From assembly GCA_043797265.1 (NCBI GenBank), contig JAZDPV010000016.1:1-61282 (forward strand): a stretch of DNA of 61,282 nucleotides. Direction: 5' to 3'. The DNA comes from an archaeon. Lineage in GTDB: Archaea > Nanobdellota > Nanobdellia > Pacearchaeales > GW2011-AR1. The notes under the pieces were generated by a model that was given only the letters and a program-made list of their open reading frames with translations, searched no databases and had not been told where the DNA came from. The translations under genes were made by a program, and so were the position numbers. Of the stretch, positions 41,849 to 49,481 are shown piece after piece. Every line of letters begins with the position of its first letter. Position 1 is the first letter of the stretch.

Positions 41849-43630
41849 CCAGAAGAGGCCCTGGATGTTTGGGTAGGGAAATTTTGTGATGACGATTGAG
41901 TTGCATTTGTCGCCGGGGAAGTCGACGCCTCGCGCGCATTTTGTCGTGAATAAAATATCTGTTTCGCCCGATGTGAATTTGTCGACGGCGGTGTTGCCTT
42001 TTGATTGGAGCTCGCTGAGTTTTTCCTGGGTGATTAGGTTTTCGAGTTTTAGGGTTTCGTTTTCTGAATTTGTCGGGAGGTCGCTGAATGCGGAGATGTG
42101 GACGAGGGTTGGCGGTTCTGCTTTTGCCATGCACATGTCGAGGATTTTCAGGTATTGGTTTCGCGTGATTGTTCCGTCTTTGAAATTTTGGAAGGCGCAA
42201 TTTTTTTCGAGGCCGGTTCGTTGTTTGTTGATTGTGCCGGGATTTTGTGTTTCAGCCTCGATGGTTTTGAAATCTTTTAGCCCGAAGATGTCTTTGAGAA
42301 CTTGCTCGGAGTGGAGCGTGCCGGACATCATGACAAGGACGTTGTTTTGCTCGATTAGTTCTTTTAGTTTTTGGGCGAGATTGATTGAGACGATGGTGAC
42401 GAAAGTAGTTGGTAGGTGGTAGGGGGTAGAAGGTGGTTGATTGAATAATTTGTTTTGAACAGAATCTTTGTTGGTTTTTTCTATCGAGATGTAGGTTTCG
42501 TCGAGGAGGTTCTTGAAAGATTGGGCGATTTCGACGAGCGTGTTGTAGTAGTTTAGTTCTTCGTCTTCGGCGAGGTTCGGGTTTTCGATTGCGGTCTTGA
42601 TTATTTTTATAATTGGAGATTGTTTTATTTTTTGGATTTCGATTTCTTCGGAGTAAATGGCGTCGTTGATTTCGCGGATTAATTTTTTTATAATTGTCTT
42701 GTCTGTTTGTTTTTGCGGGGCGAGGTTTGAGAGCGCGGTGTGGAGCCGGTTGAGATTTATTTTGCGCTCGTTGGCGAAGGAGTCGAGGAATTCGTCGCAT
42801 TCGTCGACGATGTCGAGGTCGGTTTTTGGTTTTCGTCCGATCATTGTTTCGATTTGATATTTTGCCGAGTTGAAGATTAGGACGTCGGCGTTGGCGTAGG
42901 CTTCGCATTGGTCGTAGTAGGCGCAACCTTTTTTTCGCTGGAAGAGTGCGAATTCTTTTCCGCAAGTTGCTTCGTATTTTATTTTTTTGAAGTCGGTGAG
43001 GCCTTTTGGTTTTATGTCGGCGGGGATGAGCGGGGACCAGTAGGGGCAGGCGGGGGCGATGTTCATTCTTCTGATGTCCGACGCTGTTTTGAAATCTTCC
43101 GGACTGACCAGTGGATTTTTGTTGATGTATCCCAAAAGTTTTGCCGTGTTTTTTTCGCGGATTTCGATTGTGCAAGGGAGGTCTGGCGAATCTGCAGTTG
43201 GTAGTTGGCAGTTGGTAGTTGGTAATTCTTTTTCTGCGAATGGACATCGGAAATTATTTCGGCCTTTTATGACGGCGATGTCGAGGGGTTTTTTGTTTTG
43301 CTTGAGGATGAATTTGTTTTTAGTGTAATCTTTTTCGTATTGTTCCTGGAGGGATTTGATTGGGACGATGATTGATGTTTTTTTGAAATGGCGCGCGAGG
43401 TTGAGGGCGATTGCTGATTTGCCGGTGCCACAGACGCCCTTGATGAAAATTAATTTGTTGCCGGCGTTGATTGCGTCGAGGATTTCCTTAACGACGTCGG
43501 CCTGGGTTTTGTTATTTGAGAAAAGCAGGGGCTTGAGTTCTTCTCCTTCTGTGTCGAAGGGACCGAAGAACTTGCTGTTAGATTGTCGCTTGTCGCTTGT
43601 CGCATCTGTTCGTTTATATAATGACCACAT
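41657..43630 (-). CDS. XPD/Rad3-like (DinG family) superfamily 2 DNA helicase
   Basis: Walker A 'GVCGTGKS', 'VDECDEF', FeS-type Cys residues ('NFRCPF','LPCT','ACPYW') and C-terminal 'ARGVDFPGD'. Confidence 0.8.
   Translation of the reverse strand: MWSLYKRTDATSDKRQSNSKFFGPFDTEGEELKPLLFSNNKTQADVVKEILDAINAGNKLIFIKGVCGTGKSAIALNLARHFKKTSIIVPIKSLQEQYEKDYTKNKFILKQNKKPLDIAVIKGRNNFRCPFAEKELPTTNCQLPTADSPDLPCTIEIREKNTAKLLGYINKNPLVSPEDFKTASDIRRMNIAPACPYWSPLIPADIKPKGLTDFKKIKYEATCGKEFALFQRKKGCAYYDQCEAYANADVLIFNSAKYQIETMIGRKPKTDLDIVDECDEFLDSFANERKINLNRLHTALSNLAPQKQTDKTIIKKLIREINDAIYSEEIEIQKIKQSPIIKIIKTAIENPNLAEDEELNYYNTLVEIAQSFKNLLDETYISIEKTNKDSVQNKLFNQPPSTPYHLPTTFVTIVSINLAQKLKELIEQNNVLVMMSGTLHSEQVLKDIFGLKDFKTIEAETQNPGTINKQRTGLEKNCAFQNFKDGTITRNQYLKILDMCMAKAEPPTLVHISAFSDLPTNSENETLKLENLITQEKLSELQSKGNTAVDKFTSGETDILFTTKCARGVDFPGDKCNSIVITKFPYPNIQGLFWKILKKEQPQKFMEFYLDKARRDLYQKIARGIRFKGDKVNLYSPDIRVLNANQIATTERFNNSK
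42406..42436 (+). repeat. heptamer array (TAGNNGG x4), antisense to and in frame within the helicase gene
   Basis: TAGTTGG TAGGTGG TAGGGGG TAGAAGG on the + strand. Encodes PPSTPYHLPTT on the - strand. Confidence 0.85.
43195..43225 (+). repeat. heptamer array (YAGTTGG x4), antisense to and in frame within the helicase gene
   Basis: CAGTTGG TAGTTGG CAGTTGG TAGTTGG. Encodes LPTTNCQLPTA on the - strand. Confidence 0.9.
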
Positions 43631-43913
43631 GTTTTCACCTCGCTTTGAAATCGGGTGGTCGGTTTTTAAGGATTGTCATAGTAGATGGTAGTGAGTTGGT
43701 GATGGGAGTGGAAGATTTGTTGTCGTGGATTTTGTTTGTTGTAGTAGTTACATGCTTTTTTGTCGTCGGTGATTTTTTTTTGCTGGTTGGATTTTTTTCG
43801 GGAGATATATAGTCGATAATATACGTTGAAGTCCATAAGTGTTTAAATAGAAAATTAATATAATTTTTTTATGGGAGAGGTAAAAGGGTTGATTTTGTCG
43901 AGGGGAAAATGGC

Positions 43914-43948
43914 GAGGTATTAGGTGTCGGGTGTCAGGTGATAGAAAT
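43914..43948 (+). repeat. degenerate heptamer array (NAGGTGT-type x5)
   Basis: GAGGTAT TAGGTGT CGGGTGT CAGGTGA TAGAAAT, in the leader region of the 44032 gene. Confidence 0.65.
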
Positions 43949-43990
43949 TTCAAACTTAATTTTCTGAGAGTAGCGTCGGAGACGCTTCAC

Positions 43991-44015
43991 TCAAATTTTC
44001 TGCTCGAAAATTTGA
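43991..44015 (+). promoter_or_regulatory. perfect 10-bp hairpin immediately 5' of the RBS of the 44032 gene
   Basis: TCAAATTTTC-TGCTC-GAAAATTTGA, then AAGGAGG (44016..44022), then the ATG at 44032. Confidence 0.6.
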
Positions 44016-44031
44016 AAGGAGGTTTTAAAAT

Positions 44032-45108
44032 ATGAAAAAAACTTTTAGTTTATTGACTATGGCTCTTTTGGTGCTTTCTATTACCCCGGTTGTTTTTGCG
44101 GCGAGTGTTGGAAGTGGAATTGGCGTCGATATTATAACTGAAGATTTTGCTCCATTGGTTTGGATGTGTGACAACAGGATTGTTGTTGATGATGCGACTG
44201 AACCTGGAAGAGTAAGTTTGGATGGTGAGTCTCTAGTAGAGAGGATGAATAACTATGCTTTTGAAGGAGAACAAATTCAATGGAATGTTCTTGTAATGGA
44301 CAAAAACGGTGTTGAAAAGATAGAAGACGTTTTTGCAACTATCGGAGATGCTCAGGGCGAAGGGAATGATATCGAAGTTAATTGTCAAAGAGTTGGTTAT
44401 AAAGATAACACTAAACTTCCAGGAGAATGTAATGCAAAAATTTTGGAAGAAGGATTGTCGTATTTCGATGCTGACGTGATGGAAATGTATCAATGTACTT
44501 TTACTGTTGAAACTCCTTTGAGCATGTATGGAGAATATTGGATAACTGTTGAGGCTCTTGATTTGGATGGTTTGTCAGGGACAATGGATGAGAATGAATA
44601 TTGGTTCTTGAATCCTGAAATTGCTTTGAGTATCGACGGAGATTTGGTATTCGAAGATGTAAGGCCGGGAACTTATAGTTATTCCGATACATTGTTGGTG
44701 GGTAATGATGCTGATGATGGAAGTGGAGTTAGGCTTGATATGTTTATATCAGGAACTGATTTTTATGATTCATCAAGTAGTGGTGCGATGTGCCCAACTA
44801 CAAACCAGCTTTCGTTAAGTGCATTTAGTTACTATGTTACACATGGTGCTTATTCGTCGAGCAACGATGGAAGAAATGATGCAGAGGGTTATGTTCCAAT
44901 AAAATATGGTATTGGGTTTAACGATCCAAATCCATTCTATAATGTGAATGAGATTTTGCAATCTGGACCAATGAATGGACCATATTACCAGGCAAACATT
45001 TTGAGTCCTGGTGCAGAGATGGCATTGACTTTCAGATTGGATTTGCCGGAGCCATGTAATGGTGACTTTGATACAGGAAGTATTTATTTCTGGGGAGAAG
45101 CTATCTAA
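44032..45108 (+). CDS. secreted protein (candidate abundant surface or fibre subunit)
   Basis: Signal peptide LLTMALLVLSITPVVFA. Strong RBS, structured leader and terminator hairpin. No confident domain. Confidence 0.6.
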   Translation: MKKTFSLLTMALLVLSITPVVFAASVGSGIGVDIITEDFAPLVWMCDNRIVVDDATEPGRVSLDGESLVERMNNYAFEGEQIQWNVLVMDKNGVEKIEDVFATIGDAQGEGNDIEVNCQRVGYKDNTKLPGECNAKILEEGLSYFDADVMEMYQCTFTVETPLSMYGEYWITVEALDLDGLSGTMDENEYWFLNPEIALSIDGDLVFEDVRPGTYSYSDTLLVGNDADDGSGVRLDMFISGTDFYDSSSSGAMCPTTNQLSLSAFSYYVTHGAYSSSNDGRNDAEGYVPIKYGIGFNDPNPFYNVNEILQSGPMNGPYYQANILSPGAEMALTFRLDLPEPCNGDFDTGSIYFWGEAI

Positions 45109-45126
45109 ATTAATTTATTTTTATTT

Positions 45127-45154
45127 GCTTGTTTATTTTTTGACAAGCTTTTTT
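45127..45154 (+). terminator. stem-loop plus T6
   Basis: GCTTGT-(10 nt)-ACAAGC followed by TTTTTT. A second hairpin, TTTACC-TTAG-GGTAAA, follows. Confidence 0.5.
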
Positions 45155-45200
45155 ACCTTAGGGTAAATAGTTATTAGATAGAACTAATACTGATGAGGAA

Positions 45201-46370
45201 ATGGAAAGGAAAAAAATATTGATGGTGGGAATGGTTTTGATTTTAGCGGTGAGCTTTGTTTCGTTTGCGAGCGCGGAGTTTTGGGCGTGTTTTGAGAAGG
45301 GGGATGTTGTTAAATATTGTAGCGGGTATAAACCGGATTGGACTTGTGGTTTGTCGTCGGGGTGCGAGAAGTGTATATCTATTTATAGGGAGAGTGAAAA
45401 TTGTTATGTTCATGGTATTTGGTCGGAGTGTAATAAGGTAAGTAAAAATTGTTCGAATTTAGGGACGAATCAAACGGTTGATGGTGAGCCGCCGGAGTTT
45501 GATTTGAATTCGCCGGTCGAGGGTGGGTTGTATAGTTCGCGTTCGGTTTTGGTTGATTTTGATTTGAATGAGATTGCGGATGTTTATTATTATGATAATA
45601 TTAACGGGCGGGGGAAGTGGGTTCGTGTTTGTCAGGAGTGTTCGGCTGGGGCGCATAGTTATAGCAAGACGAGGTCGTTTAGCGAGGGGCTGAATGATTT
45701 GACTTTCAAAGCGGTTGATGTCGTCGGTAATTCGGTTGAGGTCGGGAGGACTTTTATTGTCGATTCGAAGAAGCCGAAGATTTCGGGGGTTGAGCCGAGG
45801 AGCGGGGCGACGAATGGTTTGTTGAGTTTGGATTTTATCGAGGAGAATCCGGAGGAAATTGTTTTGGAGTTTGGAGTTGCCGGGGATATGGAGATTATGA
45901 ATTTTGATTCGAATTGGATTGCGGGGAATTGTGGCGTGAATGTTAAGGATGCGAGGAAAAGGCATTGTGAGTTTGACGTGCGGGCGGAGATGGCGCGGTT
46001 TGACGGGGAGATTAGTTATAGTTTTAGCGTCGAGGATGTCGTGGGGAATGTTTACGAGAAGGGCGTGAAGAAAATTGTTGCGGACACGTCGGCGCCGGTT
46101 TTGAATAATCCTTTGGATTTTTGGCGGGTTGATGGCAAATATGTTTATTTTAATTTGAATATTAGCGAGGAGAATTTGGACGAGGTGACTTATTCTTATA
46201 TTGATAGTCGGGGGCGGGAGAAGGTCGGGAAGATTTGCTCGCGGTTGAAGAACGGGATTTGCGAGGCGAAGAAAAGTTTTAGGAGCGGAGAGGAGATTGT
46301 CGGAATTCAGATTGTCGACGAGGCGGGGAACGGGGTCGGGTATGGGATTAATTTTTTGATGCAGTATTAG
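45201..46370 (+). CDS. secreted protein with a Cys-rich N-terminal region and Ig-like repeats; C-terminal module paralogous to 49474..51711
   Basis: Signal peptide. The C-terminal 'YFNLNISEENLDEVTYSYIDSRG...IQIVDEAGN' is matched by 'YFNLNISEDNLGEVSYLYVDSKN...VSIVDEAGN'. Confidence 0.6.
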   Translation: MERKKILMVGMVLILAVSFVSFASAEFWACFEKGDVVKYCSGYKPDWTCGLSSGCEKCISIYRESENCYVHGIWSECNKVSKNCSNLGTNQTVDGEPPEFDLNSPVEGGLYSSRSVLVDFDLNEIADVYYYDNINGRGKWVRVCQECSAGAHSYSKTRSFSEGLNDLTFKAVDVVGNSVEVGRTFIVDSKKPKISGVEPRSGATNGLLSLDFIEENPEEIVLEFGVAGDMEIMNFDSNWIAGNCGVNVKDARKRHCEFDVRAEMARFDGEISYSFSVEDVVGNVYEKGVKKIVADTSAPVLNNPLDFWRVDGKYVYFNLNISEENLDEVTYSYIDSRGREKVGKICSRLKNGICEAKKSFRSGEEIVGIQIVDEAGNGVGYGINFLMQY

Positions 46371-46440
46371 CGACGAAGATGCTGATTACTTTATTGAGCG
46401 GGATAGGAAGGATTTTAAATGATTGTGTTTTAATTTCTTT

Positions 46441-46626
46441 ATGGAAAAGATTAGAGAGAAATTTTTAAGAGCTTATTCTAATTTGTTAGAAAAAATTAGG
46501 GGGGAAATAATTGTTGTTGTTGAGGATAAACCGTTTACCTGGAATAGCGCTTATTTTGAAATTAGAAATAATACAGAGATGGGAAATAAAATTTTAAATA
46601 CATTAAAGGAATTAGAAATAATATGA
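46441..46626 (+). CDS. small hypothetical protein (61 aa)
   Basis: First gene of an AT-rich, stop/start-overlapped three-gene unit. Confidence 0.4.
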   Translation: MEKIREKFLRAYSNLLEKIRGEIIVVVEDKPFTWNSAYFEIRNNTEMGNKILNTLKELEII

Positions 46627-46865
46627 CTGAAGATTCTAATAATTTTGAAGAGAAATGGAAGCAGTTAGTTGTTGAAAGAGTTAATGCTGGGATGTCAGCT
46701 AATTTAAAACTTTCAATAGGAATGGGGAAAAGTTTTAACAAGGAGGAAGTTTTGGAGCACGTTAGAAAAGGTGATGAGATTGGACAGCAAGTAATTAATA
46801 TGCATAAAAATTTTATGCAGGCTCAGGTATCTGGACAATTTACTAATGCTCTTAATAGTGTTTAA
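46623..46865 (+). CDS. small hypothetical protein (80 aa)
   Basis: ATGA-coupled upstream and TAATG-coupled downstream. Confidence 0.45.
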   Translation: MTEDSNNFEEKWKQLVVERVNAGMSANLKLSIGMGKSFNKEEVLEHVRKGDEIGQQVINMHKNFMQAQVSGQFTNALNSV

Positions 46866-47512
46866 TGAAATCTGCTATTTTGATGACATTGCCCCAGTGG
46901 GATGATGTGACAGAATATTTGCATGCATTTTCTCAGAGTATTATAAATACTGCGAAAGATGCTGGTGTTCCAATTAATGTTCTCGAAAGAGAAAGTGCGA
47001 CGAGAAATAATTTTGAATTTGAACTTAGAGATAATCATCGGTTAATTGTTTTTAACGGGCATGGTTCTGACGATATAATTGCGGGGCATAAGAATGAAGT
47101 GATTATAAAAAATGGGGAGAATGAGAATTTATTGAAAGAGAAAATAACTTACGCCCGTTCTTGTTTCTCTGCGAAAGGGATTGGTGTTTCTTCAATGAAA
47201 AATAGCGACGCAGGGTGTTTTATTGGATATACTTTACCTTTCATGTTTTATAATGATATTACTTGGTCCAGCAATCCTTTAAAGGATTCTATCGCGAGAA
47301 TCTTTTTTACGACGACAAATGTGATTCCGAACGATATAATAAGAGGCAAATCTTGTATTGAGGCTAATGAAAATTCTAAAAGAGATATGTTGAAAGCGAT
47401 AAAGAAAGCTTTGTTAAGGAAAGATAATATGGACTCACAATCAATAGTGGAAGCTCTTTGGAATAATTATTCTTTTCAGGTGGTTGTTGGAAATAAAAAT
47501 GTTAAGTTTTAG
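46865..47512 (+). CDS. hypothetical protein with a possible clan-CD (caspase/gingipain-like) His-Cys dyad
   Basis: 'LIVFNGHGS' and, 34 residues later, 'ITYARSCFS'. Each follows a hydrophobic strand, as in clan CD peptidases. Motif-level evidence only. Confidence 0.3.
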   Translation: MKSAILMTLPQWDDVTEYLHAFSQSIINTAKDAGVPINVLERESATRNNFEFELRDNHRLIVFNGHGSDDIIAGHKNEVIIKNGENENLLKEKITYARSCFSAKGIGVSSMKNSDAGCFIGYTLPFMFYNDITWSSNPLKDSIARIFFTTTNVIPNDIIRGKSCIEANENSKRDMLKAIKKALLRKDNMDSQSIVEALWNNYSFQVVVGNKNVKF

Positions 47513-47544
47513 CTGTTAGTTATTAGTCGTTAGTTTTTAGGGAA
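47510..47544 (+). repeat. TAG-heptamer array x5 starting with the stop codon of the 215-aa gene
   Basis: TAGCTGT TAGTTAT TAGTCGT TAGTTTT TAGGGAA. Confidence 0.85.
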
Positions 47545-47555
47545 GTTGGGGAAGT

Positions 47556-47596
47556 AACACAGACGAGGCATAGAGAACACGAATTACACGAATTTT
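47556..47596 (+). repeat. degenerate CACGAAT-type 3'-flank element
   Basis: AACACAGACGAGGCATAGAGAACACGAATTACACGAATTTTA. Confidence 0.5.
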
Positions 47597-47712
47597 ATAT
47601 TTGTTGCTGGATTATTTCATCGGGGTTGAGTAGTAAGACAAGTTTAAATAAAACAGAGGAGTTATTGGTTTATGATTTTTAGAGATGATATGAAAGGGGG
47701 TTTGAAAAAGAG

Positions 47713-48165
47713 ATGAAAAAAATTTTAGTTTTTTTGATTTCGTTTTTGGTTGTTGCTGGGGTTGTGGGGGCTTTGAGTACGACGACGAGTTTGGATTATA
47801 CTAACGATGCTTATGCGTCTTTGTCGATGGAACATTCTGTTTCTGGTAATTCGGCAAGATTGAGTGCTTGGAATCAGGGCGTGGGGCGAGAAGGAAGAGT
47901 TCATATTGGACTTCCATCTGGTTTTAAGTTGAGTGACTTGGAAAGTATTGATTGGAAACAATATATTGAAAATGGATATATGGCTCATGTTGATGTTCTT
48001 TTGGATATTAATAATGATGGAGTTTATGATTCAGGAACTGATGATGCATTAGTTTTTGAATATGCTAAAGTTGATCCTAATCATTGTGAAGAATCGGAAT
48101 ACAAAGATGCGGGAGAAGGAACTCAGATAACAACTTTTGGAGCTAATTGGTGCAGAAGTGAATAA
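47713..48165 (+). CDS. secreted protein, N-terminal part of a possibly frameshifted gene
   Basis: Signal peptide VFLISFLVVAGVVGA. The ORF ends 29 nt inside the next ORF. Confidence 0.5.
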   Translation: MKKILVFLISFLVVAGVVGALSTTTSLDYTNDAYASLSMEHSVSGNSARLSAWNQGVGREGRVHIGLPSGFKLSDLESIDWKQYIENGYMAHVDVLLDINNDGVYDSGTDDALVFEYAKVDPNHCEESEYKDAGEGTQITTFGANWCRSE

Positions 48166-48793
48166 TAATTCTTATGCGTGGTTGACTTCCGGTGAACCGG
48201 GACCTGCTTGCTTACATAATCCTAGTGCCGGTAGTAAAGGTTTTTATTACTTTTCTTTGAAAAACTGGAAAGATGGTCCAATAACAGCGAATGCGCATAA
48301 TAAAATAATAAATAGAGAGACAAGGGTTTTGGCTTTAGAGATTGAGGTAGATTCTTGGGTTTCAACACCAACTGCTTTTATCGACGATGTTATGATAAAT
48401 GGGGAACTTGTTCAAAATTTTGATGGCGACCAAGATATTGAAGTAGATGTTAATGGGTTTGTTACTGCGGTGATTAGTCCGTCATTGTTGAATTTTGGAA
48501 ATTTGTTGCCGGGGACATTTGGTAATCCGGGTCCGATGGTTACTATTGACCCAACTGGAAGCAATGTTGGTGTTCGGGTTAGTGTTAGTGATGTTACGGG
48601 ATTTCCGTTTGTAACAGGATTGAAATTTGATGGAGTTCTTGCTGGGGGGCAAATGTTTGATATGAATTGTGTTGGGAGTCCTATTTGTACATATACTCCG
48701 AAAGAAATAGATACAACATTAGATATTCCTGCGGGTGCTGCGTCGACGACTTATACTGGAACGGTAACTTATACTATTGCTCAAAATCCATAA
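48137..48793 (+). CDS. C-terminal part of a possibly frameshifted surface protein
   Basis: No ATG (TTG start only) and no signal peptide. Lies in the +1 frame relative to 47713..48165. 'LLNFGNLLPGTFGNPGPMVTI' resembles the beta-sandwich segment of the 44032 protein. Confidence 0.45.
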   Translation: MELIGAEVNNNSYAWLTSGEPGPACLHNPSAGSKGFYYFSLKNWKDGPITANAHNKIINRETRVLALEIEVDSWVSTPTAFIDDVMINGELVQNFDGDQDIEVDVNGFVTAVISPSLLNFGNLLPGTFGNPGPMVTIDPTGSNVGVRVSVSDVTGFPFVTGLKFDGVLAGGQMFDMNCVGSPICTYTPKEIDTTLDIPAGAASTTYTGTVTYTIAQNP

Positions 48794-48794
48794 A

Positions 48795-49481
48795 ATGAAA
48801 TCATTATTTTTTATTTTATTTTTTATTTTTGTTGGGTTAGCTTGTGCTGGGAGTGTTTCTCCTGGGATTGTTAATTATGATGTGAGTCAGGGTGGCGAGG
48901 TTTGTCATAGTATTCATGTTGATTTGGGTTCCGTCGATGTTTTTGATTTGTGGGCGAAGAATACTTCTGTTGATTGGAACATTGTTTTATTTAATGTTAA
49001 TTCGTCGGAGTATGGGCTTATTGTTGATTATCCAAAAGTTTTGAATAGTGAGGGGGATATTGAGATTTGTATTTCTGGCGAAGAGTTGGGAGAGTATCGT
49101 GGAGCGATTGTTTTCAGACAGGGAAAACAAGGTAGTTCGATTATTCAGTATGCTGTTTGGCTTAATGTTTCGATTAGTGAAAAGGTTGAGGAGAAAGTCG
49201 CGCCGATTGTTGAGAGTCCGTTGGGTTCGTCGTCGTCGGGTTCGGGTTCTGGTGGCGGTGCGTTACTTGAGGTTTTTGATAATAGTTCTCAGGTGGTGGA
49301 AAATAATTCGGTTGGTGGGATGATTGTTGAGGTTGTCGATGAGGTTGAGGATTTTGAGAGTGCTGGTGTGACTGGCGCGGTTGTTGGAGGTCGTGGAAAT
49401 TGGAAAGTTGCCGTCGGTGTTTTGGTTTTGGTTGGAGTTGGTTTGGTTTTAGTTTATAGTAGGAGAAAAAAATATGCGTAA
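48795..49481 (+). CDS. signal-peptide, Ig-like, C-terminally TM-anchored protein
   Basis: Signal peptide FFILFFIFVGLACA. Ser/Gly linker. TM helix VAVGVLVLVGVGLVLVY. Stop overlaps the start of the next giant gene. Confidence 0.55.
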   Translation: MKSLFFILFFIFVGLACAGSVSPGIVNYDVSQGGEVCHSIHVDLGSVDVFDLWAKNTSVDWNIVLFNVNSSEYGLIVDYPKVLNSEGDIEICISGEELGEYRGAIVFRQGKQGSSIIQYAVWLNVSISEKVEEKVAPIVESPLGSSSSGSGSGGGALLEVFDNSSQVVENNSVGGMIVEVVDEVEDFESAGVTGAVVGGRGNWKVAVGVLVLVGVGLVLVYSRRKKYA

